IMG/VR virus record: IMGVR_UViG_3300020123_000165
Coordinates: 1 to 62,768 of that record
Strand: one strand, 5' to 3'
Length of the DNA: 62,768 nt
Source of the DNA: a virus
Lineage: Duplodnaviria > Caudoviricetes
The notes beneath the pieces were generated by a model. The model was not told the origin of the DNA. It did no database searches and was given only the letters and a program-made list of their open reading frames with translations. Shown here piece after piece: positions 28,263 to 37,661 of the stretch. Each line of letters opens with the position of its first letter. Position 1 is the stretch's first letter. The position numbers and the translations under genes are program-made.

Positions 28263-28702
28263 AGATGACTCCAGGAACTTCGAAGCTTTATCTTGCTTAC
28301 CATACTTTGAGTGATTCTATATTCTTTAGCTATAGTAGACTGAGTTCTAGTATCCCGCCTAATACTGATAACCTGATCCGGGGATAGCCGACTCATCCCA
28401 TTTCTAGAGCCTATAGTTTGACGTGATCTGCTTACCTTATCTTTCACATTGTCAATATCATTACCCAGCCTAAGATGCATAGGATTACAACACTTTCGAT
28501 TGTCACAAGAATGAAGTACATCCCATCCCAGGGGAAGCTCTCCTCGGGTTAATAAGTAGGCTACCCGATGAGCTCCCACTACTGACTTTTGGAAAGTGAC
28601 TCTTCCATAGCCGTTGGGAAAAGAACTCCGCGTCCACTCCCAACATTCGTCTAGTCCAGCAACTCTGACTTTACTCCAGAATAGGCTGCTACCCATTAGC
28701 AA
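28259..28702 (-). CDS. HNH homing endonuclease
   Basis: FWSKV..ECWEW..GYG..AHRVAY..HSCDNRKCCNP.HL. Confidence 0.9.
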   Translation of the reverse strand: MLMGSSLFWSKVRVAGLDECWEWTRSSFPNGYGRVTFQKSVVGAHRVAYLLTRGELPLGWDVLHSCDNRKCCNPMHLRLGNDIDNVKDKVSRSRQTIGSRNGMSRLSPDQVISIRRDTRTQSTIAKEYRITQSMVSKIKLRSSWSHL

Positions 28703-29153
28703 AACACTCCTTCAGCATACCAGCAATCTTATCGGCCTCTTCCGGAGACCAGGCCCAGCGCCCGCCGGGCTTCTCGACAAGCTTCCGAAGGAACTTTCGG
28801 CACTTGGAAGGCTCCCAGTTATTCGCCTGCGCGATTTCCTCCAGGGATACACTAGTCCCGGAAAAACTAGCCCGCTCTTCTGGGGCCTCCGATTCGCTGG
28901 AATACCCTAATACCCCCCGCAAAATAACCCGGGCCTGGCGGGAAATGGACAGAAAACTCTTCAGATACACCTCGGCGAAGTGTTCTGGAGTATGCTTCTC
29001 ATATTTCTTGAACCGAAGGTAGTCTTTGGCGGTAAGCTGAACGCAGTCAATGCCCCCACTACACATCGTGACAAAGTGTCGGGTCTTTCCAGCATCCCGA
29101 TACTGTAAGTAGGTGTGGCGATTCCGATCCTGATATACGGCGTATTCTGACAT
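28689..29153 (-). CDS. Protein with C-terminal HTH (paralogue family member 2)
   Basis: SLEEIA...EPSKCRKFLRK...GRWAW; GGAG RBS before ATG 29153. Confidence 0.7.
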   Translation of the reverse strand: MSEYAVYQDRNRHTYLQYRDAGKTRHFVTMCSGGIDCVQLTAKDYLRFKKYEKHTPEHFAEVYLKSFLSISRQARVILRGVLGYSSESEAPEERASFSGTSVSLEEIAQANNWEPSKCRKFLRKLVEKPGGRWAWSPEEADKIAGMLKECFANG

Positions 29154-29191
29154 TTGATGGGCTCCGATTGGGTACAAACCCATTATATGAC

Positions 29192-29213
29192 AAAAAGCCC
29201 TCTATGAGGGCTT
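29192..29213 (-). terminator. Intrinsic terminator, directly upstream of a TATAAT box (29182-29187)
   Basis: AAGCCCTC-ATA-GAGGGCTTTTT on minus strand. Confidence 0.75.
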
Positions 29214-29345
29214 CTTACTTACTTTCTTTCTCATCCACTCGATGAGCCTTCGAGATTGCCATCCAGCATATGAGCCTATCATGAAAGATAGACCCATAGC
29301 CAGGATGACATCTCCGCGACCGGCGAAGATGCCAACCGTACTCAT
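29202..29345 (-). CDS. Small membrane protein (47 aa)
   Basis: Read manually: MSTVGIFAGRGDVILAMGLSFMIGSYAGWQSRRLIEWMRKKVSKKPS. Confidence 0.55.
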   Translation of the reverse strand: MSTVGIFAGRGDVILAMGLSFMIGSYAGWQSRRLIEWMRKKVSKKPS

Positions 29346-29346
29346 G

Positions 29347-29835
29347 TTAGCTAAAGGCTTTCAATGGGTGGGGTAGGTTTGAATCACATCGGCTTTGCTC
29401 ACCGGCATGAGGACCTTTCAGGAAGTCGTCGGCAATGTAGCAACCTAGCGACTGGCTGGAGGTAGAACACCAGATTTGCTTCTTCTCAACCTCTTTACCC
29501 TGAACTCGCATGATATTGACCCATGCCCAACCACTGCCCTGGGGACAAGCCGGGGAGATTTGGTCGTCGGTATGGGGGATCTTGGTCCAGGTTGTGTCGA
29601 ACCGGGGATTGGTGGCGAAGTAGGCTCCGGCGTTTTTGGTGGCGTTGTTGAGTGCGGTAGAACGCTGTTGCTCCAGCAGGTCTTGGAGCTTGGCATTTTC
29701 TGCGCTTTTGGCCAAGGCCGAAGCTCTCTGTTCTTCCACTGTCGGGGGACGAGCAACTTCTTCCTTACCACAGGCGGTGATGAGGATGGCAACAGCCGCC
29801 AGGATGGCAGCAATAGCGAAACGATTCTTTTTCAT
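29347..29835 (-). CDS. Lipoprotein
   Basis: MKKNRF + hydrophobic stretch + ITAC lipobox; four further Cys. Confidence 0.8.
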   Translation of the reverse strand: MKKNRFAIAAILAAVAILITACGKEEVARPPTVEEQRASALAKSAENAKLQDLLEQQRSTALNNATKNAGAYFATNPRFDTTWTKIPHTDDQISPACPQGSGWAWVNIMRVQGKEVEKKQIWCSTSSQSLGCYIADDFLKGPHAGEQSRCDSNLPHPLKAFS

Positions 29836-29893
29836 GTGATTTCCTTGGAGTGAGTTGGGGCTACTCATCAGAAAGACTTTTGCCCCGAATTAC

Positions 29894-30484
29894 TTAAGCT
29901 TCAGTCAGCTCGGAGGGGTCGAGTTCCCACTCCTCCTCGTTACCGTCGACCTTCACCAGGACGACGACCTTTCCGCTCTCCATACCCTGGACAGTACCTT
30001 CCATCTGAGAGCCGTCAAAGTCGAAGGTTACCTTGGAACCCTTCTTCGGGCCTTTGGTTGCCGTGGAAGAGGAGGATTCCGTCGGAGCGGCATCACGCAG
30101 GAAGTCCATGATACGGGGCTTCTGCTTACCCTGGTAGGTTTCGTTGCCGATGGCTGCCATCGTCTTCATACCGATGTAGTCCTTGAAGGACAGGGCCATC
30201 TTACCATCGGTGACATCCACTCCCAGGCACTCCAGGAGACCCTTCAGGCGCCACAGAGCCGTCGGCTTGAGAGAGGTGTTATCATAGATGGTGACACCCT
30301 TGTAAGTGCCATCGGCCACCTTCCACTTCCAGGCCAGATAGGCATTGCCTTCTTGAGATTCTTTCTCTTCGATTGAGAGAACCTCCAACAGGTACTCACC
30401 ATCAGGAACGGAACGACCGCCGGATTCAACACCGCTGAAGTCAACCGAGACATCAGAACGCTTACGACTGCTTGGACCTGCCAT
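29894..30484 (-). CDS. DUF669-like ssDNA-binding protein
   Basis: VDFSGVE...VPDGEY, ALWRLK..L..LG; adjacent to Sak4. Confidence 0.8.
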   Translation of the reverse strand: MAGPSSRKRSDVSVDFSGVESGGRSVPDGEYLLEVLSIEEKESQEGNAYLAWKWKVADGTYKGVTIYDNTSLKPTALWRLKGLLECLGVDVTDGKMALSFKDYIGMKTMAAIGNETYQGKQKPRIMDFLRDAAPTESSSSTATKGPKKGSKVTFDFDGSQMEGTVQGMESGKVVVLVKVDGNEEEWELDPSELTEA

Positions 30485-30486
30485 GA

Positions 30487-31257
30487 TTATTTCTCCTTAG
30501 AAACAGAACGACGAACGGGTTTGACTTCACCTTGAGCCATCAGCTCATTGATCTTGTCGAAGGTGGGGTCGATGATGTACTCCGGGATGGTAGTCCCCAG
30601 GGGGTTTCTCATCTTCGTGGTGTAGTATGCGTGAGGACCGATCCGCATGCAGTATTCCACCTTACGGGTCTTGTCTTCCAGGAAGACCTCCCGAACGAAG
30701 GTGTTGCCGATGGCCTTCACCGCACCATTCAGCATACCCGCCACACTGGGCATCAGACGAGCCCCGATCTGAGGGTCGATGGTATCATCATCCTCACCAG
30801 ATTCACCCTTACTGGCACGATCATGGGCCAGGAAGATGACATTGATACTGTCCTCGACCAGGTCTCGATAGTTCAGCAACCAGGTCTTCATCAAGCCGGA
30901 AGTCACACCCCACAGGCGCTGAGACATTACCTCCTTGCCTTCCTCTGCCATGGCATGTTCCATCGCGAGGTCTTGCATAGAGCTGATCTGGTCCAAGATA
31001 ACTGACTTGTACTTCTTCTCTTTCTTCAGGTACCAGAAGACCTCCTCCAGCTCTGACCAGGACTGGATTGAGACTACATCCACTCCATCACGGTCAGCTA
31101 TGCTGTCAGTGCCTTTCTCCCGAATGTCTATCAGAAGAGCCGGAGTGGGAAAGGATGCCCCAAAGGTAGTCTTCCCCGTTCCTGAGCGCCCATAGACCAG
31201 CATGGACAAGACCTTCGGCAGTGCCTTCACCGAAGTAATACGTTCTAACACAGACAT
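30487..31257 (-). CDS. Sak4-like AAA ATPase/single-strand annealing protein
   Basis: LVYGRSGTGKTT, SVILD, VIFLAH; AGGAGGAG RBS before ATG 31257. Confidence 0.85.
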   Translation of the reverse strand: MSVLERITSVKALPKVLSMLVYGRSGTGKTTFGASFPTPALLIDIREKGTDSIADRDGVDVVSIQSWSELEEVFWYLKKEKKYKSVILDQISSMQDLAMEHAMAEEGKEVMSQRLWGVTSGLMKTWLLNYRDLVEDSINVIFLAHDRASKGESGEDDDTIDPQIGARLMPSVAGMLNGAVKAIGNTFVREVFLEDKTRKVEYCMRIGPHAYYTTKMRNPLGTTIPEYIIDPTFDKINELMAQGEVKPVRRSVSKEK

Positions 31258-31268
31258 TAACTCCTCCT

Positions 31269-31316
31269 TCCCTATTTGATAGGAAAATGGTCCGAAGGAT
31301 CGGTCGGACCTACCGA
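31269..31316 (-). promoter_or_regulatory. H-type RNA pseudoknot plus hairpin in the Sak4/SSB leader
   Basis: UCGGU-A-GGUCCG-ACCGA-UCCUU-CGGACC, then UUCCUAU-CAA-AUAGGGA next to the RBS. Confidence 0.6.
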
Positions 31317-31323
31317 ACAGCAA

Positions 31324-31755
31324 TTATACCAGGTTAGCTACTGATTTCCAGCTCTTCTTCCTTCGAATTCTACTAATCTGAGCTTTACTAATTTTATACT
31401 CTTCAGACATCACTTTAAGCTCCCTTGAGTCTAATAGAATAGCCAGAACTTTGTTCGGGGATAGCTTAGAAGCCTGCCGACCCTTAGCTTTCATATCATC
31501 CATATTATCTTGATCCGTACCACAGAACAGATGACAAGGATTACAACATTTGCGATTATCACAGGAATGACATACTTTCATCCCTGGCGGGATAGGGCCA
31601 CGGGTTAGCTCATAAGCTATCCTGTGCGAACGTTTAGCATGACCACTTACCCCAAACCACCCATACCCTTTCTCGGTTAATCCCGCTCGCCACTCCCAAC
31701 ATTCATCTAGTCCAACGACCCGGATTTTACTCCAGAATCGTTGAGCTAATTTCAT
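31324..31755 (-). CDS. HNH homing endonuclease
   Basis: FWSKI..ECWEW..GYG..SHRIAY..VCHSCDNRKCCNP.HL. Confidence 0.9.
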   Translation of the reverse strand: MKLAQRFWSKIRVVGLDECWEWRAGLTEKGYGWFGVSGHAKRSHRIAYELTRGPIPPGMKVCHSCDNRKCCNPCHLFCGTDQDNMDDMKAKGRQASKLSPNKVLAILLDSRELKVMSEEYKISKAQISRIRRKKSWKSVANLV

Positions 31756-32687
31756 TTTGATTCCTTGACAGTAAACATTTGTTTACGAGTGAAAGATGAA
31801 TCTATACCTCGCACCTCAGCTGAACAAATCTGATAGTAGGTACAGGATTTACAATCGCGAGTTAAATTGCGACAGAAGTGCTTTCCCGGGTGCTGGATGA
31901 TCTCTCGGGCCGTCCCAAAGAAATCCCCCACCACTGATTCGATAAGTTCTTCAGCGGGCTTGGGAAGGTACACTCGCTTGAAGAAGGTGTTCTTGGCAGT
32001 CAGAGCCAGCATATCAGCATAGTCAGCCGGATCAAGGCCATTAGCCTGAATGGTAGCAAGGTAAGTGTCAGCATCACAGTCGATGTTCTTACGCTTACTA
32101 AGAGTACCATTCTTCAGAACCTCGGGAGCCGTAGGCGGCTTGGTACGCAGGTAATCCCAGAGGATTCCGTCGACATGCTCACCATTCTCCCGCATACCCC
32201 AGTAGTACAGAACCGTCTGGATGTCGGAGAAACGGGTGTGTTCATCGGGCAGGACCTTATGGGTCTTGTGGTCATCCAACCAGCGTCGGCCATGTTGATC
32301 GTCAGGAAGAGCGTCGATGATACCCTTGAACTTCATCCCTTCGAATTCGGCTTCCAGGGTAATTTCGGCTCGGCCACCATAGTCCAGGCCGTCATTGGCC
32401 CAATGCCTGTTGTATCGGATGATGGTAGATTCCAGCTCCTCTGGAGTAGGATAGCCCTCTGCCTCCTCGCCCCAAAGCGTACCAAAGACTTTCCGGTACT
32501 CCTCCAGAGGAACTCGCCAGTCAGTGCCTTTGATCTGGGCTTCCAGCATGGCATGCAGAGTGGTGCCCCGAAGCAAAGCGATCGGAGCCGCTTTCCTGAC
32601 CAGTCCTTGAATGTATTTGTATTCATAAGACTTTTGGCAGCGTCTCCAGGTCTTTACTTTGGATTGGCTGAAGTAATCTACTTCCAT
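31752..32687 (-). CDS. Cas4/RecB-like PD-(D/E)xK exonuclease
   Basis: S.S....RCQ, GTTLH, GIID...DHKT, C-terminal C..C.Y..IC. Confidence 0.88.
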   Translation of the reverse strand: MEVDYFSQSKVKTWRRCQKSYEYKYIQGLVRKAAPIALLRGTTLHAMLEAQIKGTDWRVPLEEYRKVFGTLWGEEAEGYPTPEELESTIIRYNRHWANDGLDYGGRAEITLEAEFEGMKFKGIIDALPDDQHGRRWLDDHKTHKVLPDEHTRFSDIQTVLYYWGMRENGEHVDGILWDYLRTKPPTAPEVLKNGTLSKRKNIDCDADTYLATIQANGLDPADYADMLALTAKNTFFKRVYLPKPAEELIESVVGDFFGTAREIIQHPGKHFCRNLTRDCKSCTYYQICSAEVRGIDSSFTRKQMFTVKESK

Positions 32688-32688
32688 G

Positions 32689-32895
32689 CTAATAACTCCT
32701 ATCGGTGATAAGTAAGCAGTTTCCTACAGTGGCGTTGAATTTAACCATATCCTTGGCCAATACTATCTGGGGGATTCCGCGACCTTCCAAAGCCCTCTGA
32801 AGTGTCAGGGCAGCCTCTTCCTGAGAAGGAGCACAGACGACAGCTGAGCTCCCCATCAGGTAGTGACCTTTGAAAGTATTGTTGATGAAGATCAT
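32689..32895 (-). CDS. Hypothetical protein
   Basis: ORF track; fits operon. Confidence 0.6.
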   Translation of the reverse strand: MIFINNTFKGHYLMGSSAVVCAPSQEEAALTLQRALEGRGIPQIVLAKDMVKFNATVGNCLLITDRSY

Positions 32896-32940
32896 TGTTC
32901 GTCAGTGGCGTTCAGCTTGAAGAGAGCACGCTTAACCATG

Positions 32941-33702
32941 TTATTCCCCCTGAGTAGCGTAAGTAGAAGCCAGGTCGAACAGTTCAGCGTTGAACTTGAA
33001 GTCACGCTTAACATTCTTCACTGGCATGATATTGAGAGTTCGGTTGTTAGAGGTATGTCCCGTGAATCCCCCTTGGGTCAAGTTCTCCTGGACGCGGTTG
33101 AAAACGTGCCAGAGGTCATTGCCACGGTCAGGATCGCGCCGGGCCAACAACAGTTGCTCGGCCGTTACGGGGGTCTTTTCACCCCAGCGAATGGCAATAG
33201 CTTTGTTAGCAAATTCCTCTTGGGCTTTGAAGGGAACTTCAACATCCATCCACTGTTTGACCGTTCCGGAGAGTTTCTTGGTCAGGTCATCCATCTTACC
33301 CGTGACAGCAGTAATCTGGTCTTCCAGGTTCTTGATGTTGTAGTGCTTCAGTGAAACGCCTTCCCAGACACTGCCGGCGACCATACCGTTGCAGCAGACC
33401 ATCCGAAACATGCCCAGAGCCATACGCAAAGCCCAGGAACCATTGTGTGAGTTCAGGACGATCAGCTCGGGAATGACTCCGCCTTCAGCGATGTCCGAGA
33501 AGTCAGGATGGCGCAGCCGAAGAGCATGGCGAGCGAACTGAGGAGCCTTAGAGTGCCGGGCAGCGTTAGCCGAAGCTACCTGCCAGCCCATACCTTGAAA
33601 GCGGGAAAGTACGTCAGCCGTCTTGATATGAACGTACTTCTCAGACATCTTCGAAGAATGAGTTTCGGAGAAGACGGCGGAGGGAAGAATGAGGTCAGAC
33701 AT
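32941..33702 (-). CDS. DUF932/DUF945-family protein
   Basis: S.KY.HI.T, NSHNGS, FRMVCCNG, LWHVFNRVQENL..GG. Confidence 0.85.
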   Translation of the reverse strand: MSDLILPSAVFSETHSSKMSEKYVHIKTADVLSRFQGMGWQVASANAARHSKAPQFARHALRLRHPDFSDIAEGGVIPELIVLNSHNGSWALRMALGMFRMVCCNGMVAGSVWEGVSLKHYNIKNLEDQITAVTGKMDDLTKKLSGTVKQWMDVEVPFKAQEEFANKAIAIRWGEKTPVTAEQLLLARRDPDRGNDLWHVFNRVQENLTQGGFTGHTSNNRTLNIMPVKNVKRDFKFNAELFDLASTYATQGE

Positions 33703-33757
33703 TTGAATCCCCTTAAAGTGGTGGTAACCAGGATCAGCGGTCAGTGCCGATAAGTTC

Positions 33758-33787
33758 ATTATATGACAAGTAAGGGATGTTATGTAA
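33758..33787 (-). promoter_or_regulatory. Putative sigma70-like promoter
   Basis: TTACAT-N18-TATAATGAA on minus strand. Confidence 0.55.
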
Positions 33788-33995
33788 CCTTCTTCTTGTA
33801 CTTATCGCAAATATGTAGTTTTCCTTTCTTTCCAAAGAGTCTCCACCCTTCTCCAGTAAGTTCCCAGTGGAGGGTGGATTTTCCGCAGTATTTGCAAGTC
33901 TTCAATGATGAAGCTGGCCGAACAGATCCATAGGGGTTCCACTCTGGATAGGCATCCATCATATCGTCGATTAGGAAGTCAGCCATCTCACCCAT
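33780..33995 (-). CDS. Small Zn-ribbon protein
   Basis: CKYCG..L.W....WRL......H.C. Confidence 0.7.
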   Translation of the reverse strand: MGEMADFLIDDMMDAYPEWNPYGSVRPASSLKTCKYCGKSTLHWELTGEGWRLFGKKGKLHICDKYKKKVT

Positions 33996-33997
33996 GA

Positions 33998-35179
33998 TCA
34001 GCTCTTATCTTCTCTGATACGGAAGAAGCGAGGGTGGCGAAGAGACCCATCGGGAGTAATCTGGTGATAATGGATCTCGATCACCTTGTCCTTGATGAGT
34101 GAGGGAGTATCCCAGAAGAGCTTACGTTCCTCATCAGACCAGCCGGCACCTACACTCACTCGCTTACCGTTGAACTTGACAATGACTGCGCCCAGCATCC
34201 CATAGTACTTACCTTCACCCTGGACCAAGGACTCCACTCGTAGGTCTACATCATTGACCTCCTTGAGTTTGAGCCAATCCCGATGCTTACCTTTCCTGTA
34301 AAGGCCTTTCACATTCTTAACGATGGCTCCCTCATACCCTGAGTCCAGGAAGCGGTTGTAAAGGGCCATGACTTCATCATCTGTCTCCACTCGGAAAGAG
34401 GGAACTAGCTTCAGGTTCTTATGTTCCACTCCCCCAGAAAATAGGCCTTCAAGAGCCTGGCGACGTTGGTAATAATGTCGGGATGGGCTCTTCCACTCAT
34501 CCATGTCCATGACATCGAATAGATGATAATTGGTATGCTCATTCTGCTGTTCCTTACGGCGAACGGCCGAGCTGGATTCATTGAAGTTTCCAGATATCAA
34601 CTCACCATCCAGAACACAGTCACCGAATTTCTTGGTAAGAACCAGGATCTGTTCTTTCAAGTGGTCTGAGGATGTGAAGGGAAGACCATTGCGAGAGAGC
34701 AGAGTAACACTCTGGCCATCCACAATAGCTACGCAGCGTAGACCATCATACTTGGGTTCCACGGCATAGGCCAGGCGTGGTTTGGCCCCATCATACTTAT
34801 GAGCTCGCATAACCTTGAACTGACGAATCAAGTCAGGGTAGGCTCGAAGGACCAGCTGAGGACCAATTCCACAGCGAAGGTCCTTCCGAATGATACGGGT
34901 GACCAATTCCTGGTCCTCAGCATCCAGGCAGGCCTCGCCCAGTAATCGGCGGGCTTCACTCCCGGTCAGGTCACGTTTGGCGCAGCGTTCCAGGATTTTG
35001 AAGGTGTCAGCCAAGCCCAGAGGCTCTCCTTCCACTGAGGTGATCCCGAAGGTGATAAAGGGGTCAGTGGCCAACCGAAGCACTTCCTTGAGCTCCCCCT
35101 GATATGGGTAGGCCTTGATCAGGTTGACTTTGTCATCGGGCGAGTTGAACTCGGCGATAGTATTGAATAGTTCAATCAT
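33998..35179 (-). CDS. ATP-dependent DNA ligase
   Basis: EPKYDGLR, LDGEL, YEGAIVK, WLKLK, SLRHPRF. Confidence 0.95.
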   Translation of the reverse strand: MIELFNTIAEFNSPDDKVNLIKAYPYQGELKEVLRLATDPFITFGITSVEGEPLGLADTFKILERCAKRDLTGSEARRLLGEACLDAEDQELVTRIIRKDLRCGIGPQLVLRAYPDLIRQFKVMRAHKYDGAKPRLAYAVEPKYDGLRCVAIVDGQSVTLLSRNGLPFTSSDHLKEQILVLTKKFGDCVLDGELISGNFNESSSAVRRKEQQNEHTNYHLFDVMDMDEWKSPSRHYYQRRQALEGLFSGGVEHKNLKLVPSFRVETDDEVMALYNRFLDSGYEGAIVKNVKGLYRKGKHRDWLKLKEVNDVDLRVESLVQGEGKYYGMLGAVIVKFNGKRVSVGAGWSDEERKLFWDTPSLIKDKVIEIHYHQITPDGSLRHPRFFRIREDKS

Positions 35180-37661
35180 TGTATTTCTGTCCTTTCCAAG
35201 TTTGGCCGGCGCCCCAGGTGCCGACTTCAATGTCCGCTACGATCGGGACAGGTAATTCTATCCCAAATTTGGCCAGCCACTCAGGGTTCTCCATACATTC
35301 TTTTATTCGGGGGAGCATCTCGTCCAGGTACTCAGTCTTTACCCACATGAGTATAGAGTCATGAACCTCGCCCTTGATACGAAGCTTAGCTCCATTGTCA
35401 GGAGCCTGTAGATTGTGATAGACAGATAGCATCCCCATCACCTTCAGGTCACCAATGAATCCCTGGACAGGGCTGTTGATAGCCTGGCGTTCAGCTTCAG
35501 CTTTAACCTGGCGATCCGGTGACCAAATACCCGGAAGCCGACGCTTACGACCCGATAGACTGCGAACGAATCCATCAATCTTGACCATAGCTCGTTGTCG
35601 ATCGTGCCATAGCGGGAGTGAAGAATAAGTTGAGAAGAAGCCATCTCGGATGTCAGAAGATTCATTGAAACTCACATCCCACTCATACTTCAACTTAGCG
35701 TATTCACAGAACTTGTTGGCTCCCATTCCGTAGACATACCCGAAGTTCACGCCTTTAGACTGTTTCCGTTTTTCTTTCCAGTGCTTGTTGATAGAGACCG
35801 CCTCATCTGGCCCCATATTCTCCAGAATGTCCAGGATACCCGTGACCGTCTTAGGTTCCCCTACCTGATGCCTTTCACAGTATACTTGAACTGTTCTTCG
35901 GGCTACTGAGAGATCCGTGGGATTTCCGCCCATTCGGAGGATGCCTAGAGTGGTTCTCCAGTGGACGTCGATGCCTTCATTGTAGCACTTGACCAACTCG
36001 GGGTCTTGTGAGACGATAGCGATGACTCGGAGCTCAGCCTGAGAAAGGTCACCCTGAATGAATGTCCAGCCTTCAGGAGCTTCAATTAGATTGCGAATAG
36101 TCCCATCTCGGGGAACAGTATGCATGCGGGAGGAGAATCGCCCCGTGACCGTTCCATGGAGTTTGGTCCCTAAGAACAAAGATGACCCAACCATATACTC
36201 ATCCCAACCATCTATATAGGTTGAGAGCATTTTCTGGTGTGATCGATAATCATTCAAGAGAGCCACTACGGGATGACCTTCCATCTCCGCCAGGGCGGCT
36301 TCTCCAGTAGACGGAGCCCCTTTGTCAGTGAATACCTGGGGAGTGAGGCCCAGCTTTCCGTACAGGACCTCTCCCACCTGCTTAGGACTATTCCAATTGA
36401 CTACAGATCCCGCCATCTTATTGAGCTGTTCCTCAGCGGCTTTCATCAGGATCTCGAGGTGTTCTTTTGCCTCCGCTTTGCGCTTCAGATTGACATGATG
36501 ACCTTCCCGCTCGATGACTTCATACATACGTGAGGCTGGCATCGTAAGGTGCTCATAGATATTGCGAGTCTCCTTATCCTGCATAAGCATCCGACGGAAT
36601 AGCCTGGCCAGAAGATAGGTGCGGTAACAGTCTCGGCCGCAATAGGTGAATAGCTTCGAGGCCTCAACATTACCTTTCTTCTCTGAAGTGGTTAGGTCGT
36701 AGTCCGGGGCGTTCAGCCAAAGGCGGGAGTTCTCTTTCAGGCCATGCGGAGTGTTCTCGTCCAGGTTGTAATGCATGAGCATCGTATCATCCTTGTTGTA
36801 GAATGATACTCCCATCTTCAGCCAGAGCCAGAGGCTATCGAATTTCCAGTTCTGGTTGATGACGGGAATGCCCTGATCTGCCATCCAGTGCAATAGCTTA
36901 CGCTGGGCTTCAGTGGGTAAAGTGGGGGCTTTTCGTACCGGAAGAACCCAGCAGGAGTCCGATTTAGGCAGGTAGAAGCCCGCACAGTTTATGTAACTGG
37001 CCGGGTTATACCAGTCCAAACCGGAAGTTTCCAAATCGCATACGAATTCTGGTTCATCTTGGTAGAGATCCATGAATTCTTGAAGATTTGATCGATCAAT
37101 GATACGGATCCGAGGCTCTACCCACTCAGTCTCAGCCGTTCCTTTGACCAAGTCCCCGAATCGCTTGATGATTCGTTTGAATTCGGGTTCTTTACTGGGA
37201 TCGCGAAGGACATAGGCAGGGGAGTAGCAGGGAACGTAAGTCACTCCGTCCTTCTCAATAAACTTACCAGCTACACTTGAGAGATTAGCTGCTTTCACCA
37301 CCGCTTTAGCCGCGGTCGCTCCGATGACCAGGACATACTTGGGTTTCTGCTCTTTGAGCTCATCCTGGATATATCCAGCACAGGCCTTGCACTCAGATGG
37401 TTCCACTTTCTTTCCATCTGGAGGCTGACACTTCACTACCCCGGTGGCATAGAAGTCTTTGATCCCCACACGCTCGAGCTCTGAGATCAGTACCTTACCG
37501 GGACCTCCAGTCAGGTACTCTTCTCGGTGGATGTTAGTGGCACTAGGGGCATCCCCAATGACCATCACTCCAGAGGAAGCAGCAGATCCATTCCCCCACA
37601 AACAGACTACCGCCGAGGATTGGTTAAGTGAGCATAGGGTGCATTTCTCATTTCTCATCAT
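35172..37661 (-). CDS. polA: Family A DNA polymerase with N-terminal UDG-like (SPO1-type) and 3'-5' exonuclease domains
   Basis: DLETSG, DLSQAELRV, K.VNFG..YG, VHDS; N-terminal C..C....C, GDAP, KCQPP. Confidence 0.95.
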   Translation of the reverse strand: MMRNEKCTLCSLNQSSAVVCLWGNGSAASSGVMVIGDAPSATNIHREEYLTGGPGKVLISELERVGIKDFYATGVVKCQPPDGKKVEPSECKACAGYIQDELKEQKPKYVLVIGATAAKAVVKAANLSSVAGKFIEKDGVTYVPCYSPAYVLRDPSKEPEFKRIIKRFGDLVKGTAETEWVEPRIRIIDRSNLQEFMDLYQDEPEFVCDLETSGLDWYNPASYINCAGFYLPKSDSCWVLPVRKAPTLPTEAQRKLLHWMADQGIPVINQNWKFDSLWLWLKMGVSFYNKDDTMLMHYNLDENTPHGLKENSRLWLNAPDYDLTTSEKKGNVEASKLFTYCGRDCYRTYLLARLFRRMLMQDKETRNIYEHLTMPASRMYEVIEREGHHVNLKRKAEAKEHLEILMKAAEEQLNKMAGSVVNWNSPKQVGEVLYGKLGLTPQVFTDKGAPSTGEAALAEMEGHPVVALLNDYRSHQKMLSTYIDGWDEYMVGSSLFLGTKLHGTVTGRFSSRMHTVPRDGTIRNLIEAPEGWTFIQGDLSQAELRVIAIVSQDPELVKCYNEGIDVHWRTTLGILRMGGNPTDLSVARRTVQVYCERHQVGEPKTVTGILDILENMGPDEAVSINKHWKEKRKQSKGVNFGYVYGMGANKFCEYAKLKYEWDVSFNESSDIRDGFFSTYSSLPLWHDRQRAMVKIDGFVRSLSGRKRRLPGIWSPDRQVKAEAERQAINSPVQGFIGDLKVMGMLSVYHNLQAPDNGAKLRIKGEVHDSILMWVKTEYLDEMLPRIKECMENPEWLAKFGIELPVPIVADIEVGTWGAGQTWKGQKYND

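Noticed and set aside
28689-28703. C-terminal FANG as another GG tag
   Set aside because: It lacks the second Gly, is in an early gene and overlaps the next start, so it is probably chance.
31752-32687. Cas4 as evidence of a CRISPR system
   Set aside because: Its context with Sak4 and SSB is the ordinary phage recombination module.
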